A stretch of DNA of 64,000 bases from Camelus ferus (lineage: Eukaryota): contig NC_045696.1 of the NCBI RefSeq assembly GCF_009834535.1, positions 19,098,001 to 19,162,000 on the forward strand, read 5' to 3'. Numbering within the stretch: the first letter of the stretch is position 1; each line of letters opens with the position of its first letter. Below, one piece after another: positions 25,051 to 36,630 of this stretch. A program made the position numbers and the translations under genes. Below the pieces are notes generated by a model, which was not told the origin of the DNA, searched no databases, and was given only the letters and a program-made list of their open reading frames with translations.

Positions 25051-27719
25051 CTGAAAGGGTGAAACAAAAATTTGATTCCAAATGTGTGATTCAGATCTAA
25101 AAAATTTCATTATTTTCAAATCCAGAGAAAGCACTTAATGAACTCTTATTTACTGAAAATTTAGAAAAGGAAAATCAATATGAACTAGAGGGGGGTTACA
25201 TTTTCAGAATTCCACTCAGTGCCTAAAATAGGACACATCCTCAACTATGCTGAGCAAGCCCTACGGTTATACTGTGGAAGAATGAAAGCCAGAGATAAGA
25301 GGAGAGCCTCACTTATACAGTGAACATAATGGTCACAAACTTACTGAATAATGCCAGTCTGTACACAATGAACATAATGGTCACATACACTTTTGAATAA
25401 AGTACAGATGCTTCTGATACAACATAATTGCTTGGGGTGGGTAAGGAGAATGACTGTTTCCAAGACTCATATACACACACACAGACACACACAATCAGGG
25501 GCTCTTGAATACACTGAGCAGTAATAGTCCCAATGGTAATGTTCAATCAAAATGCACAGAATCCCTTTAAATACCTCAATATTTGAAGATATAATAAAGC
25601 TATTTTTAACTTGAATGCATTCTCCAAGAATTACTCTTACTTAAAAAAAGCAACTTTAAATTTCTGACATTTACCATCCTACTATTTTCATGCCAAATTT
25701 TCAGTTGATAGCAGTTTCCAGTGTGACTCACATTGCAGTGAAACACAGGATTTTGTTAAACGCTTTTCCAATTCCCAGGTACGGATGCATGTTCACGTAC
25801 CCAATACAAGAGCGGGCTCTCACACACACCGTGACATCCCAGTTTCCCCTCTGACTTTCCATCATCCTCTGGTCAATCATTATGCACTATTTCAGCTTTG
25901 CTCACTGATCTTTCTTTTACCCTTCTGGGACACAAAAACCAGTTAGAATACTTTCAGAGCAGAGTATCTGTTTTAAAGTATATACCAAATGCTAAATGGT
26001 GCCTTTTTAAGAGCTATAAGCATTGTGTTCTCGTTAGAAGACAGTTTCAGTTTTCCCAAGAGCACAGTAATCTCAAGGAGGTCTCTCACTTTGTCCTCTG
26101 GCATAAAAAAAAAAAAAAAAAGTCTTAATGATACCAATTAAGAGGTTTGAATGTCATTTCTACATCTTTGTCCTGTTTCAGGTCATCAAGTCCAGGGCTC
26201 AAAACAAAGTCATAACAATTCTATTGAAGCTTATAGACTTTTGTAACATTCGATGAGGAAGGCAGGTATTTCAAAATAACTGCAAGGATGTTTTATGGTA
26301 TTTTCAGTAAGAGAATGCTTTATTTATACTCTATTTTTATTTATCTTTTACCTTCCCTCTATAAAACAAAAGAAGAAAACTGTATGAAATGTGTCACTCT
26401 AATCTGGTCCAGTGTTCTCCTGCTTAGTTACTATCACTGGTGAGTTTAACTGCAAGGTATTAACTTTTCTTTAATCCCTTTAAGAAGTAATACAATTTTT
26501 ATACAACATTACTTTGATTACTCTTTTCAAGAGTGACAAGGATAGTCATTCTTTAGTACCTTTGGTTGACCTCCCATCCAAACTGTTGATTCCCTCCTTC
26601 TTAATGTTTACATGTGACTATTCAGCAATCATTTGTCACCATTATCTGGATCAGTTTGAGTCTAAATGCCATTCAAAGCCAGTTCTGCTCAATGAAGCAG
26701 CAAAGATCTATCTCTTCTTGAATACTCTAGTGGAGAACTCCCAAGTGGAGTGTGGAGGAAAGAGGGTAAGGTCATTCTGCAGGAGGCATATTTATTCTGA
26801 AGAATCAGAAAGAACCGTGCCCTTTGTGGTAAACAGTCCTGGTTCCCTTAAACATGAAACTAATGTTTCCTAATGATAATTGAACACAAATATTGATAGT
26901 GTGAATTTTAACAACTAAGCTTGGTGTATTAGATTTACACACAAGATTTATAGAACAGACTTTGGTTTAAATATGAAACATAGTATTTCTTTGCACAACA
27001 TTTAAATTTTTGAAAGTTTTTTTTATTTTTTTCTTTTTTTATTTTTAAAAACACAAGAAAGCTAAAACAACAATATGTTTGGAATCATCATTACCCTAGT
27101 TAAGACTGCTCTCAATATTATTAACTGTCCCAAGCATAATAGCTCAAAGAAACTCTAGCAAAGAGTTCTAGGTAGAGAGGATACCAACTTATTTTCTCAG
27201 ATGGGTTGAAATATGTAGTCAGTTTTCTGAAGTAGGTTTAAAATTCTATAGCTTATATAATCAACCCTTCGCAGTTTGAAGTGTATTGGGTTACTGTCCC
27301 TATCTCACATGTAAGCAATTAAAAACCTATTAACAGTTGTACAATTTTCCATGATCACTAAGGAGTAAATAAACAATTTTGGGGCCCAATGAACTATCAG
27401 AGCCATAATTATATTCAGGGTCCCACATATTATTTCTCTCAAAACACAATGAAATCTTTTCTGAATATTAATTCCAGGGGATAGGTTGAATATAATGAAA
27501 TTCTTCAATATTCTTCCAAGAAGCCATTATAACCAGGTCAAATCAAATTTCGTATGGGGAGTTACATTCAATTTTTTTGGCAGAACTACTGAGGAGTATA
27601 CTTATATTTCCTGATTTCTTCAGCTTTCTTTTTCATCATAACAATCATTTCTCTTAAAAAAAAAGCATAAACATAATAAAATGTATATATTAAAAAGAAA
27701 CGTCGAAGTTTTTTACCAC

Positions 27720-28050
27720 ACTAGAAGCAAGCATTCTTAAAAATTTCCTTGAATATCTCTCTATAAATTTACGTACAGAAATATACACGCATGTGTATAA
27801 ATGCACATATATATGTAATATATATGTATATAATGTTATTTACATATTTACATATATACTTAGGGTTTTTTCCAGTTAATCATGTATCTTGAATATCTTT
27901 CCATATGGGAACATGTAATTTTATTTTATTTTCTCTAATGATAACATAGTATTCTATCATCTTTAAAATATTATATAGAATAATTATTTACTCAATCATT
28001 ATTTTATATACAATATGTAACATCAGATTATACAAATTATCATACTGGTA
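27720..28050 (-). mobile_element. L1ME-like 3' fragment with TA-rich low complexity
   Basis: tatcttgaatatctttccatatggga...ttttctctaatgataacatagtattcta. Confidence 0.5.
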
Positions 28051-28789
28051 GTTTGTTTTTCTTTTCTTCAATAATGAGCAAATGTCATAGTAACATATAA
28101 ACTCCCTGTTCATGTTCTAGGCCATATCTCTGTCATGTTTTGATGTTTTGTGGAGGTTAGATCATTGTCAACTTTTGCAGTTTCTTTTCTGGTCCTTGTC
28201 CCACATAGAAATTGCTCACTGTTCTTCTCTTGCCATAGATGCTCCATTAATGACTAAGCTTCATTTAATTTTTGCATTTTGTTATTCCCTCTCTTGCCTC
28301 AAGACATTTGCTGATGCAGACACCCATGAGAACATCAGTGACTGGAGCAGTCTTCCTGCCCATCAGTTTGCTGCCATCTTTCTTCAAATTTCACCTTTCC
28401 CATCACTTTCCAGAAATGATTTTAGAAAACTTCATACTAGATTATATGAGCCCTTACTCTACCATAGCATTTATCATATTTTACTACTTTTTAAAAATTT
28501 AACTATTATTTTCCAAGGCTAGAAAATGTAATAAATGTTAGGGACGAAGTTCAGAGATGCTTCTGTATCCCCAGCATCTAAGGTAATGCCCCACACATAG
28601 TAGGCATTCAATTGATTAATTATTTATCTGAGTAAAATCTCCATTGGATTAAATATATCCTGAAGCTTTTGTAGAGTAATTAAAAAGAAAGAGTAGTATT
28701 GAGATGCCATTATCTGTTCATTCAATTATTCATGCGTATAGTCATTCTATAAACATACATAATCACCCACTGTCAATGTGACATAACAA

Positions 28790-29040
28790 AAATAGCAAAC
28801 AATAACACTAAACTATTGAGCGAGCACTTTTTATGTACTGAGACCTTTGCATGCATTTTGCAGTAATTCACACAAAACCCTGAGAGGAAGGGAAGAGTAT
28901 ATTATAGAAATTTTACAAAAGAAGGTGAAATTAAGATAGCTTAAGTAATATGTCAGTATTGCAGACCTCCCAAGTAACAGAATCAGGAGAACTGAATTTT
29001 AGATTTCACTGACTCTGTTGTCTAAAGTTTTTAACCATCA
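28790..29040 (-). mobile_element. MIR SINE
   Basis: aactattgagcgagcact...attcacacaaaaccctgagagg...attttacaaaagaagg...cttaagtaatatgtc...ttttaacca. Confidence 0.65.
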
Positions 29041-29559
29041 CAATGAAAAAGACATTATTTCTATCTTTTCAAAGCCAAAGAATACCCAATTACATGTAAG
29101 ACAACTGGTAAAATATTTCCATTATATCCCTTTCATCTCCAATATTGAATGTATTCCTTTGTGATTTTTTTTTCTGTTTCTGCATTTATTGAAATAATGC
29201 TATAATTTATTCTTAAATTCTGGTAATGTATTCAAACAATGTGATTAATTTTAGAATGTTGAAATTTCCTTGAATTTCTGGTATAAAATTTCTTGATGAT
29301 AATTTATTATAATTTTCATTTGTTCTGAGATTTTATTTGCTAGTATTTTGTTGAGGATTTCTGCATTTATGCCTATACAATTTTTTTTTAAAAATTTAGT
29401 TTTAAAAAATATTTTTATTATGTTTGTTATTGGGGTTATACTGGGTTTTTAAAAATCAGACAAAAGTGTTTCCTCTTCCTCTACTTTCTGAGAGAATTTG
29501 TAAAATGTTGGTATTATTTCCTTTTTAAATGTTATAAAAACAAAAGTGTAAATATGAAG

Positions 29560-32200
29560 TTACAGTCCAGACAAGATGGTATAAACTCATTTCTCCCTGT
29601 TCCTCCCTGCTTAGTACAGTCATAAAGCCTGGAAATAATGCAATGGGTAACAAAAGGAGAACTCTAAAAAGTGGGAAAAGGAGGGCAGACTGATTAGATA
29701 TTCCAGGACTGGAGGGATAAAATAGCATCAGGATGTCTTGTGAACCCTCACCCAACAGAAGAATGTGGCTCAGGCTTCCTGTTTCCCATTCTTTAATTTA
29801 GCAAAAGGAAATGGCCAGGAAAGCTCATCACCCATTAAAATCAAATGGGGGTACTACCAACAGTACCAGGTGAGCCTAGCAGCACTGGAAAGAGGGACTG
29901 ACAGAAACTCCACTGACAATGATCAACCAGGGAGAGTGCTGTGTTTTTCCATATGATATGCATCTCCCTCCTCGACCCAGAAACCCCTGGCAGTTGGTTT
30001 CACCAGAAGTTGGAATCCTCCAAAACAAGCACTAAGCCAGAAAAGAGCTCTCTGTCTCCTGCAAACAAGGGAGATCCTACCACAGAAAGAGATCTTGCTC
30101 AGGGAGACTGTCCTTAGGGGCCTGAGTCTCCCTTCCCCAACCTAGAGAGATACCCAGCTGCCAGTAGACCACAGCAAAGGAGATCTCCCCGCAAGAGCAG
30201 TCCGACACCGGAAGTATTTTCCATCCTCAGATCAGAGATTCACTTCCCCTGCTGTGGTCCAATCTGGTTAAATACCTTTTGTTCACTCAGGCACCACCAG
30301 CTGCGACCACTGTGAGCCTCAGTGTTACCAGATCAACCAAGCCGATAAAACCAGCCATCCAAAGACTATAAAAATAAAATGGTCTTTGGACCCATCGCCC
30401 ACAAATATGGGCCAGAACCTGTAGAGTAAACCTAAATGGGGTGGCTGCCTGATAAAAGAAAAGATAAAATAATAGAGTTCTTAGTCTTCAAACATAATTC
30501 TTAAACTGTCCAGGGTACAATAAAAATCACTCATCATGCAAAGAATCAGGAAAATCACAACAAGAGAAAAGGCATTCACCTGACACCAACATGAAAATGA
30601 ATCAAATGTTGGAAATTCTCTGCCAAGCCTTTTAAAGCAGCACTAATAAAAATGCTTCAACAATCAAATACACATTCTCTTGAAACAAAAGAAAAATGGA
30701 AGACATCAGCAAAGAAGTAAAAGTATGAAAAAGGACCAAATGGAAATTACAGAAATAAAAAAATACAATAATAAAGAAAGAAAGCCTCCTGGAGGGATTC
30801 AACAGTGCAGAGGAGATAATACAGGATACGCTCATTGAGCTTGAGGACAGATCAATAGAATTCACCCAATCCGTACAACAGAGAGAGAAAAAAAAATGGG
30901 GAAAAAAATGAACAGAGCTTTAAGGACCTGTAGAAAAATAACTTAAGAACCAATATTTTTGTGGGATATTCTTATGGAAACCCCAGAGAGGTTAACATGG
31001 ATGATTGGGTACATAAGCCATACGACTAATTTCTTTAGCAAATAATTTTCCCTTGGTCCATCTCCAAGCACGCTATGTGGATAGGTGGAGAATTTTCTAA
31101 ATTATCAAGTGCTTGCTCTGTTTTAATTAGCAGGCCCTTGCTCAACATGTCTTTTTCCTCTTACATGTTTCTATACGTACCAAGGTGCATGCTGTCTCTT
31201 CTGCAGTTTGCTTGGAATCTCGTCTAAAGATCTAAGTTCCTCGCTTTCCACCCAACAGCAGAACCCAATTTAGCCAAGTTTCCTGTTGCTTCATAGTGCC
31301 AGTGCTTGCAATGTCCAATGATACCTCCCTCTTTTCCTTCTAAGGCATTAACAGAAGCACCTTTAACATTCATATCTTTATTAAAATTCTGCTCATGGTG
31401 ATATAGGTATTCTGTAAGATGACAGAATGTTCTCAGTAACTCTCCTCTTGTTTAAGCCTTCACTAGAACTACCTTTAACATCTATATTTCTGTCAACAGT
31501 TCCTTCAAGGCAATCTAGGCTTTTTCTGTTAAGCATCTCAAAACATTTACTAGCCTCTATCCATTACCCTATTCCAAAGCCACGCTCACATGTCTAGGTA
31601 TTTGTTGCAGCAGCACCCAACTTCTCTGTACAAGTATCTCCATTGGTTTGCTAAGGCTGCCGTAACAAAGTACCACTGAGTGGATGGCTTAAGGCAACAG
31701 AAATGCATTTTCTCACAATTCTGGATTTTAGAAGTCCCAAATTACAGTATCATTAGGCCTTTAATCTGTCTTATACTTCCTTGCCTCTTCCTAGCTTCTG
31801 GTGGTGGCTAACAATTCTTGGTACTTCTTGGCTTATAGATACATGACTCCAGTCTCTGCTTAGATAGTCAGCATTCTCTCTCTGTTTGTGTCTCTTTATT
31901 ATTTTCTTATAAGAACACCAGTCATTGGATTAGGACTCACTTTAATCTAATATGACTTCATCATAATTTAGCATCAATCCCATCAGTAAAGACCTAGTTT
32001 CCAAATATGGTCATATTCTGTAGCTGTGTATATTGGGAGCCACTTCCAAACCCAGTATACTATACCTCTTATGAGATTATAAATCATATTTAATCAAATT
32101 ACAGCACCATTTTATACTCAAGACAATATAATGTAAAAGTGGTGAAGGTAAGAGGAACTAAGTGGAATTAAAGTCTCTACACTTCACTCCAATTGCTAAA
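29560..32200 (+). mobile_element. L1MC/MD-like 5' UTR and ORF1 fragment (29560-30960, small piece 32060-32200)
   Basis: Starts cagtccagacaagatgg; ORF1-like A-rich text aaagcagcactaataaaaatgcttcaacaa...ccaaatggaaattacagaaataaaaaaatacaata...gagcttgaggacagatcaatagaattcacccaatc. Confidence 0.75.
30965..32060 (-). mobile_element. MaLR MLT1B/C LTR (~31640-32060) with adjoining MLT1 internal sequence (~30965-31640)
   Basis: Internal: cttcaaggcaatctaggctttttct...ccattaccctattccaaagccac...ggtatttgttgcagcagcacccaacttctctgtac. LTR: gtttgctaaggctgccgtaacaaagtaccac...aagaacaccagtcattggattagg. Confidence 0.85.
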
Positions 32201-34445
32201 TGTCATAAAGAAATATTTTTGAAACTCTCTAGGCTTGAAGTATTTTTTTTTGTGGGAAAATTTTGATTATCAATTGGATTTACTTAATTGATTCTTGAAT
32301 AAGGTCTTCAGATACCTTATTGATCTTGACTTAGGTTTGCTAAGTTATGTTTTTGAGGACATTTTCCATTTCATTTAAGTAATTAACATTATAATGAAGT
32401 CTTTCTTTTCCTTTTAATATTTGTATAATCAGTAGTGATATCACCTCTTTATTCCCTATGTTGATAATTTGTTGTTTCTTGTCTTGTTTCTTTTTAATCC
32501 TGATTACTCTTGTTATTTGTTTATCAATTGATTAAAACCTTGAAAGAACCAACTTTTTCCATTGTCTTTTTTTGTTTACTCTTGTGTTCTACTTCATTGA
32601 TTTCTGTTTCCACCTTTATTCTTTTCTGCCTGTTATTTTACAGTAAATTTGCTCTTATTTTTTGCATTAATTAGGTGGGAATTTACATAATTGTCAGGGA
32701 CACTTATTCTTTTTAAAATATAGACATTTACTGCCTCTCAGTACTGCTTACACTATGTCTGACAAATTTTGATATCTGTGATTTTCTTCATTTATTTCGC
32801 AATTTTTTTTAATAATCCATGGGATGTTTCCTTTGACTCATGGGTTGCTTGGAAATGTGGTTCCTGATTATTTAATATTTAGGAAATGTCTGCTTCTTGT
32901 TTTGTTGATGTCTGATTTAATACAGTTTGAGTCAGGTAAAATACAGCATATAACTTGCATGTTTTGAAATTTTTCAAACCTTATTTTATGGGCCAGGATG
33001 CATATTTTTCCATGTGTATTTGTAAAGCATGCTGGATTTTGAGTTGCAATTGTTGGGTGCAGTTTTCTGTAAATGATGATTGGGTCAAACTTAGTTAAGA
33101 TTGTTCTGATCTCCCATATGCATATCAGATTTCTGTTTGTTTGTTCTATTAATTACTCAGAGAGAGAGAGAGATGTTAAAATCTCAAATTAAGTTTAAGA
33201 CTGTCCATATTTTCTTTACTTTAGTAACTGTTGGTTTTTCTCCCATCTATTTTGAAGTTCTGTTGTTAGATACAAGCATATTCAGAACTGTTATGTCTTC
33301 CTAATGAATTGCCCCTTTATCATAACAAATGTCACTCTTTGTTTCTTATTCACTCTTTTTTTGTGAAGTCTATATTGTTTGATAATAAGATAGTCCTAGG
33401 CCTTTCTTATGCTTACTGTCCTGTGATGTATCCTTTTACTTTCATCCTAATTGTCTTTAATTTTCATGTGTATCTTTTGGACATGGTCCCTACTCCCAAA
33501 TCAAAGCGATTCTTTTGTGTCTGGCTTCTGTCCCTAGGAATTAAGGAGTCAGGAATAAGCTCTCTTCTCTTAGGCTGGCTGATTTTTTAAGGCCCTTCAA
33601 CACTATTTGACCTCTCTTATTCCTACTCCTTTGTTCTCAATTTGGTTACAAATGCTCTGCTGTAAGCTTCATGCCATCTTGTCCTGCACGCTGTCAGCCA
33701 AGCGTTCATGAGTGATTTGCAGGATGCTCTCATGTGGATTTCTGCCTCCCCATTCCCCCACCCTTTGAGCTACTTTCCAGAGCCTTTCCCTTCAGAATCG
33801 AGGTTGCTGGTCTGAACTCTGACTTCTGCCTTTGGTGGTTCAGGAATACCACTATGCTCTGCTAAGACTCCAGCTTGCAGTGCTGGTGAATTTTCCGCCC
33901 GATAAGGAGCCAGGAGCCTCGGTGATCTTGAAATTCACCTCCTGAGTTTCCCTTCCCTCAGTGATCAGGCTTCTGTTATTTCTTTTCCTTTGACTGATGG
34001 CAGTTTTCTCATATGTTCTGTTCAGCTTTCAAGTTGTTTACTTTGAGATGACAAGTCCAGAACCAGTTATCCCATCACAGTCCAAAACAGAGGTCTCTGA
34101 ATTTTGTTGTTTCATCCTTTCAAACTTAGATTGCTGGTGGAAAACTAGCTTTGACTTGCTAGCTTTATGAATTCCATGACGCTTTGATATCCTCCAGGGG
34201 GAGCCAGAACATCAGTCTGCAGGTACACCGCCCCTGGATCTCCGAGGTGCTGCTGACCATGAAGCTATTTCAGAGGAAAATCTTACTAAGAAACACACTG
34301 AATCTTTAAATCACAGTAGTTACCTTCACCCAGATAAGGACACACACTTCTTACTGGAATATTCTTTCACAAAAATGGCCATCATATTAAAGTCCCATCT
34401 GTGAAGATGAACTATAGCTTCAGAGGAGATTCAATGCCTCTGAAG

Positions 34446-34891
34446 GAAGTACAGTTGATTTACAATGTTGTGTTGGTTTCTGGTGTACAGCATAGTGATT
34501 CAGTTATACATGTATATATATATATTTTTTATTATAGGTTATTATAAGATACTGAATGTAGTTCCCTGTGCTATTATATAGTAGGACCTTGTTTATCTAT
34601 TTAATGCATAATATCCCTTATCCGCCAATCCCAAACTCCTAATTTATTTCTTCTCCCACTTTTCACCCTTGGTAACCATAAGTTTACTATGTCTGTGAGT
34701 CAATTTCTGGTTTGTAAATAAAAGTTTATTTGTATTTTTTTTCTTTTTTTTTAGATTCCACATATAAATGATATTATGTATTTGTCTTTCTCTATTTGAC
34801 TTACTTCACTTAGTATGACAACCTCTAGGTCCATCCACATTGCTTTAAATGGCATTATTTCATTCTTTTCTATGACTGAGTAATATTCCAT

Positions 34892-34945
<54 letters not shown>

Positions 34946-35087
34946 TACATATACATACACAATGTATATATACCGTATCTTCTTTATCCAGTCACCTGTT
35001 GATGGACATTTAGGTTGTTTCCATGTCTTGACTATTGCAAATAGTGCTGCCATGAACGTTGGGGTGCATATATCTTTTCATATTAGA
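34446..35087 (-). mobile_element. Relatively young, 5'-truncated L1 (ORF2 C-terminus plus 3' UTR), artiodactyl-type
   Basis: ORF 34751-35053 translates to AALFAIVKTWKQPKCPSTGDWIKK...TMEYYSVIEKNEIMPFKAMWMDLEVVILSEVSQIEKDKY (L1 ORF2p C-terminus); 3' UTR gaagtacagttgatttacaatgttgtg... Confidence 0.95.
34896..34960. repeat. (TA)20 followed by (CA)/(CATA) microsatellite within the L1
   Basis: Directly visible. Confidence 0.97.
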
Positions 35088-35373
35088 ATCTGTGAAGATA
35101 AATAATGGCAAACCCATTATTTGATAAGTTCTTGAAATCAAGCCATGGTGATGATTTTAATTGTTTCATTTGAATATTTGCTGCAATAAAAGGATAAGCA
35201 GGTTGTAAATATGGTGAGTGTGCATAGTTTATTTGGTACTATTTCTTAGTTAAGAGTATGTGATCATAATTCTCTGGAGGTTCAATCTATTTACATTGAC
35301 TGAATTTCACACTGATTTTTAAAAACTCCAAGTCACTTTTCATATCTTCTTCCTGATGCTGCCCTTCCCGTTG

Positions 35374-35427
35374 ATTTATATATTTATTTATTTTGTTTGT
35401 TTGCTTGTTTGTTTGTTTGTTTGTTTC
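35374..35427. repeat. (TTTA)/(TTTG)n simple repeat
   Basis: tttattttgtttgtttgcttgtttgtttgtttgtttgttt. Confidence 0.85.
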
Positions 35428-35559
35428 AGTTACTTGTGTCTTCCTCTCACTGCCAAACTCTGGCTCTATGGATGTATTCATTCAAATTGATTGTGAACAG
35501 AAGTCAAGATACATATGGTTAAAATCTGGGTAGAAAGTAAGAAATTTGTGTTAAAAATG

Positions 35560-36630
35560 AAATTAACTCATTAGGTCTCCTGTAGTCATTTCCTAGCCTG
35601 TGACCACAGTGCTAATTTCACCTCTTTGTGATCCTTTCTTTGTATTTTTCCTATGTGTTCTTTCTAAATACAGCCCTAGTTAAGTCCCTCCTTGCATTAA
35701 ATCTGTCAGTAGCTGACTATGGCATAAAATTCAAAGTTGAAGAAATTAGGAAGGCCTAACGGATCTCCTCTGCACACAGTCATCTAACCTCTAACCCTCG
35801 CCTCTTGGCACATCCGATGCCCCAGGCATTCCATGCAGTGCATTAAATTCCCTCGTGGTCTGTTCTCTCAGAACTCCATGTTTTTGTTCCTACTACTCCT
35901 TCACCTAAAATTCCACCTCCAACCGCATCCATCTGTAAAGTGCCCATCATCGTCTGAAAATGTTTGTCCTTCCAAAATTCATATGTTAAAATCCCAATCC
36001 TCAGAGTGATGGTATTAGGGAGCAGGGTCCATGGGAAGTGATTATGTCACAGGAGCAGAGCCCTCAGGATTGAGAGTACTGCCCATCACGGAAGCCCCAC
36101 TGACCTCCCTAGTTCATTCCACTGTGTGAGGATATAAGGAGAAATCTGTGACCCAGAAGAAGGTCTAGACCAGGACTCTATCAGGCCATCACCCTCTCTT
36201 AGACTCCTAGTACCCAGAACCTTGGGAAATAAATTTCTGCTGTTTATAAGCCACCAGCCTATGACACTGTGTTGAAGCAGCCAGAATAAACTAAATCAGT
36301 GCCTACTTTTTTGTGTGTTACTTTTTCATGTGTTACTTTTTTCTTTAAGTGTTGCCTTTTATTTTTAAGCCTTTCTTGACATCCCCTTCCTCCCTCAAGG
36401 AGTCCATCACTCTCTGTTATAAACTGCATCCTATAGACATCACTACTATAGTAACGTGTTATATTTATTTGCATAATTAATGTCTATATTCCTTATGTAA
36501 TTTGTAGTGCTTATATTCTTACAGACTGAGTGCTACATTATTCTAAAATTCTTCAAATTGAGAACTCAGTTTTATTTGTTTTCTGTCCCCAACACCTTGC
36601 AAAATGGCCTGACACATAACAGATGACCTG
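35560..36630 (+). mobile_element. Old L2 fragment split by an MLT1A LTR
   Basis: ccctccttgcattaaatctgtcagtagctg...ggcataaaattcaaa and, after 36300, aagcctttcttgacatcccc...tttctgtccccaacaccttgcaaaatggcctgacacataac. Confidence 0.6.
35945..36298 (+). mobile_element. MaLR solo LTR, MLT1A/MLT1A0-like
   Basis: aatgtttgtccttccaaaattcatatgttaaaatcc...gtgatggtattagg...gaaataaatttctgctgtttataagccacc...gcagccagaataaactaa. Confidence 0.9.

Larger units (their letters stand above)
29100..34097 (-). mobile_element. Old L1M element (ORF2 pieces 29100-29535 and 32200-33480; 5' region ~33480-34097), interrupted by nested insertions
   Basis: Antisense ORF2 motifs (atttgctagtattttgttgaggatttctgcattta; aaagtgtttcctcttcctctactttctg) continue after 32200; ends ccagttatcccatcacagtccaaaacagaggtc, as antisense L1M 5' ends do. 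Confidence 0.75.

Noticed and set aside
26514..26873. 119-aa ORF
   Set aside because: Non-ATG start, no recognisable domain, and a length compatible with chance.
28148..28522. 124-aa ORF, the longest in the track
   Set aside because: Non-ATG start, low-information Leu/Phe/Ser-rich composition, and it runs into L2-like sequence.
34751..35053. 100-aa protein-coding ORF
   Set aside because: It is the C-terminal remnant of a 5'-truncated L1 ORF2 with a microsatellite insertion.
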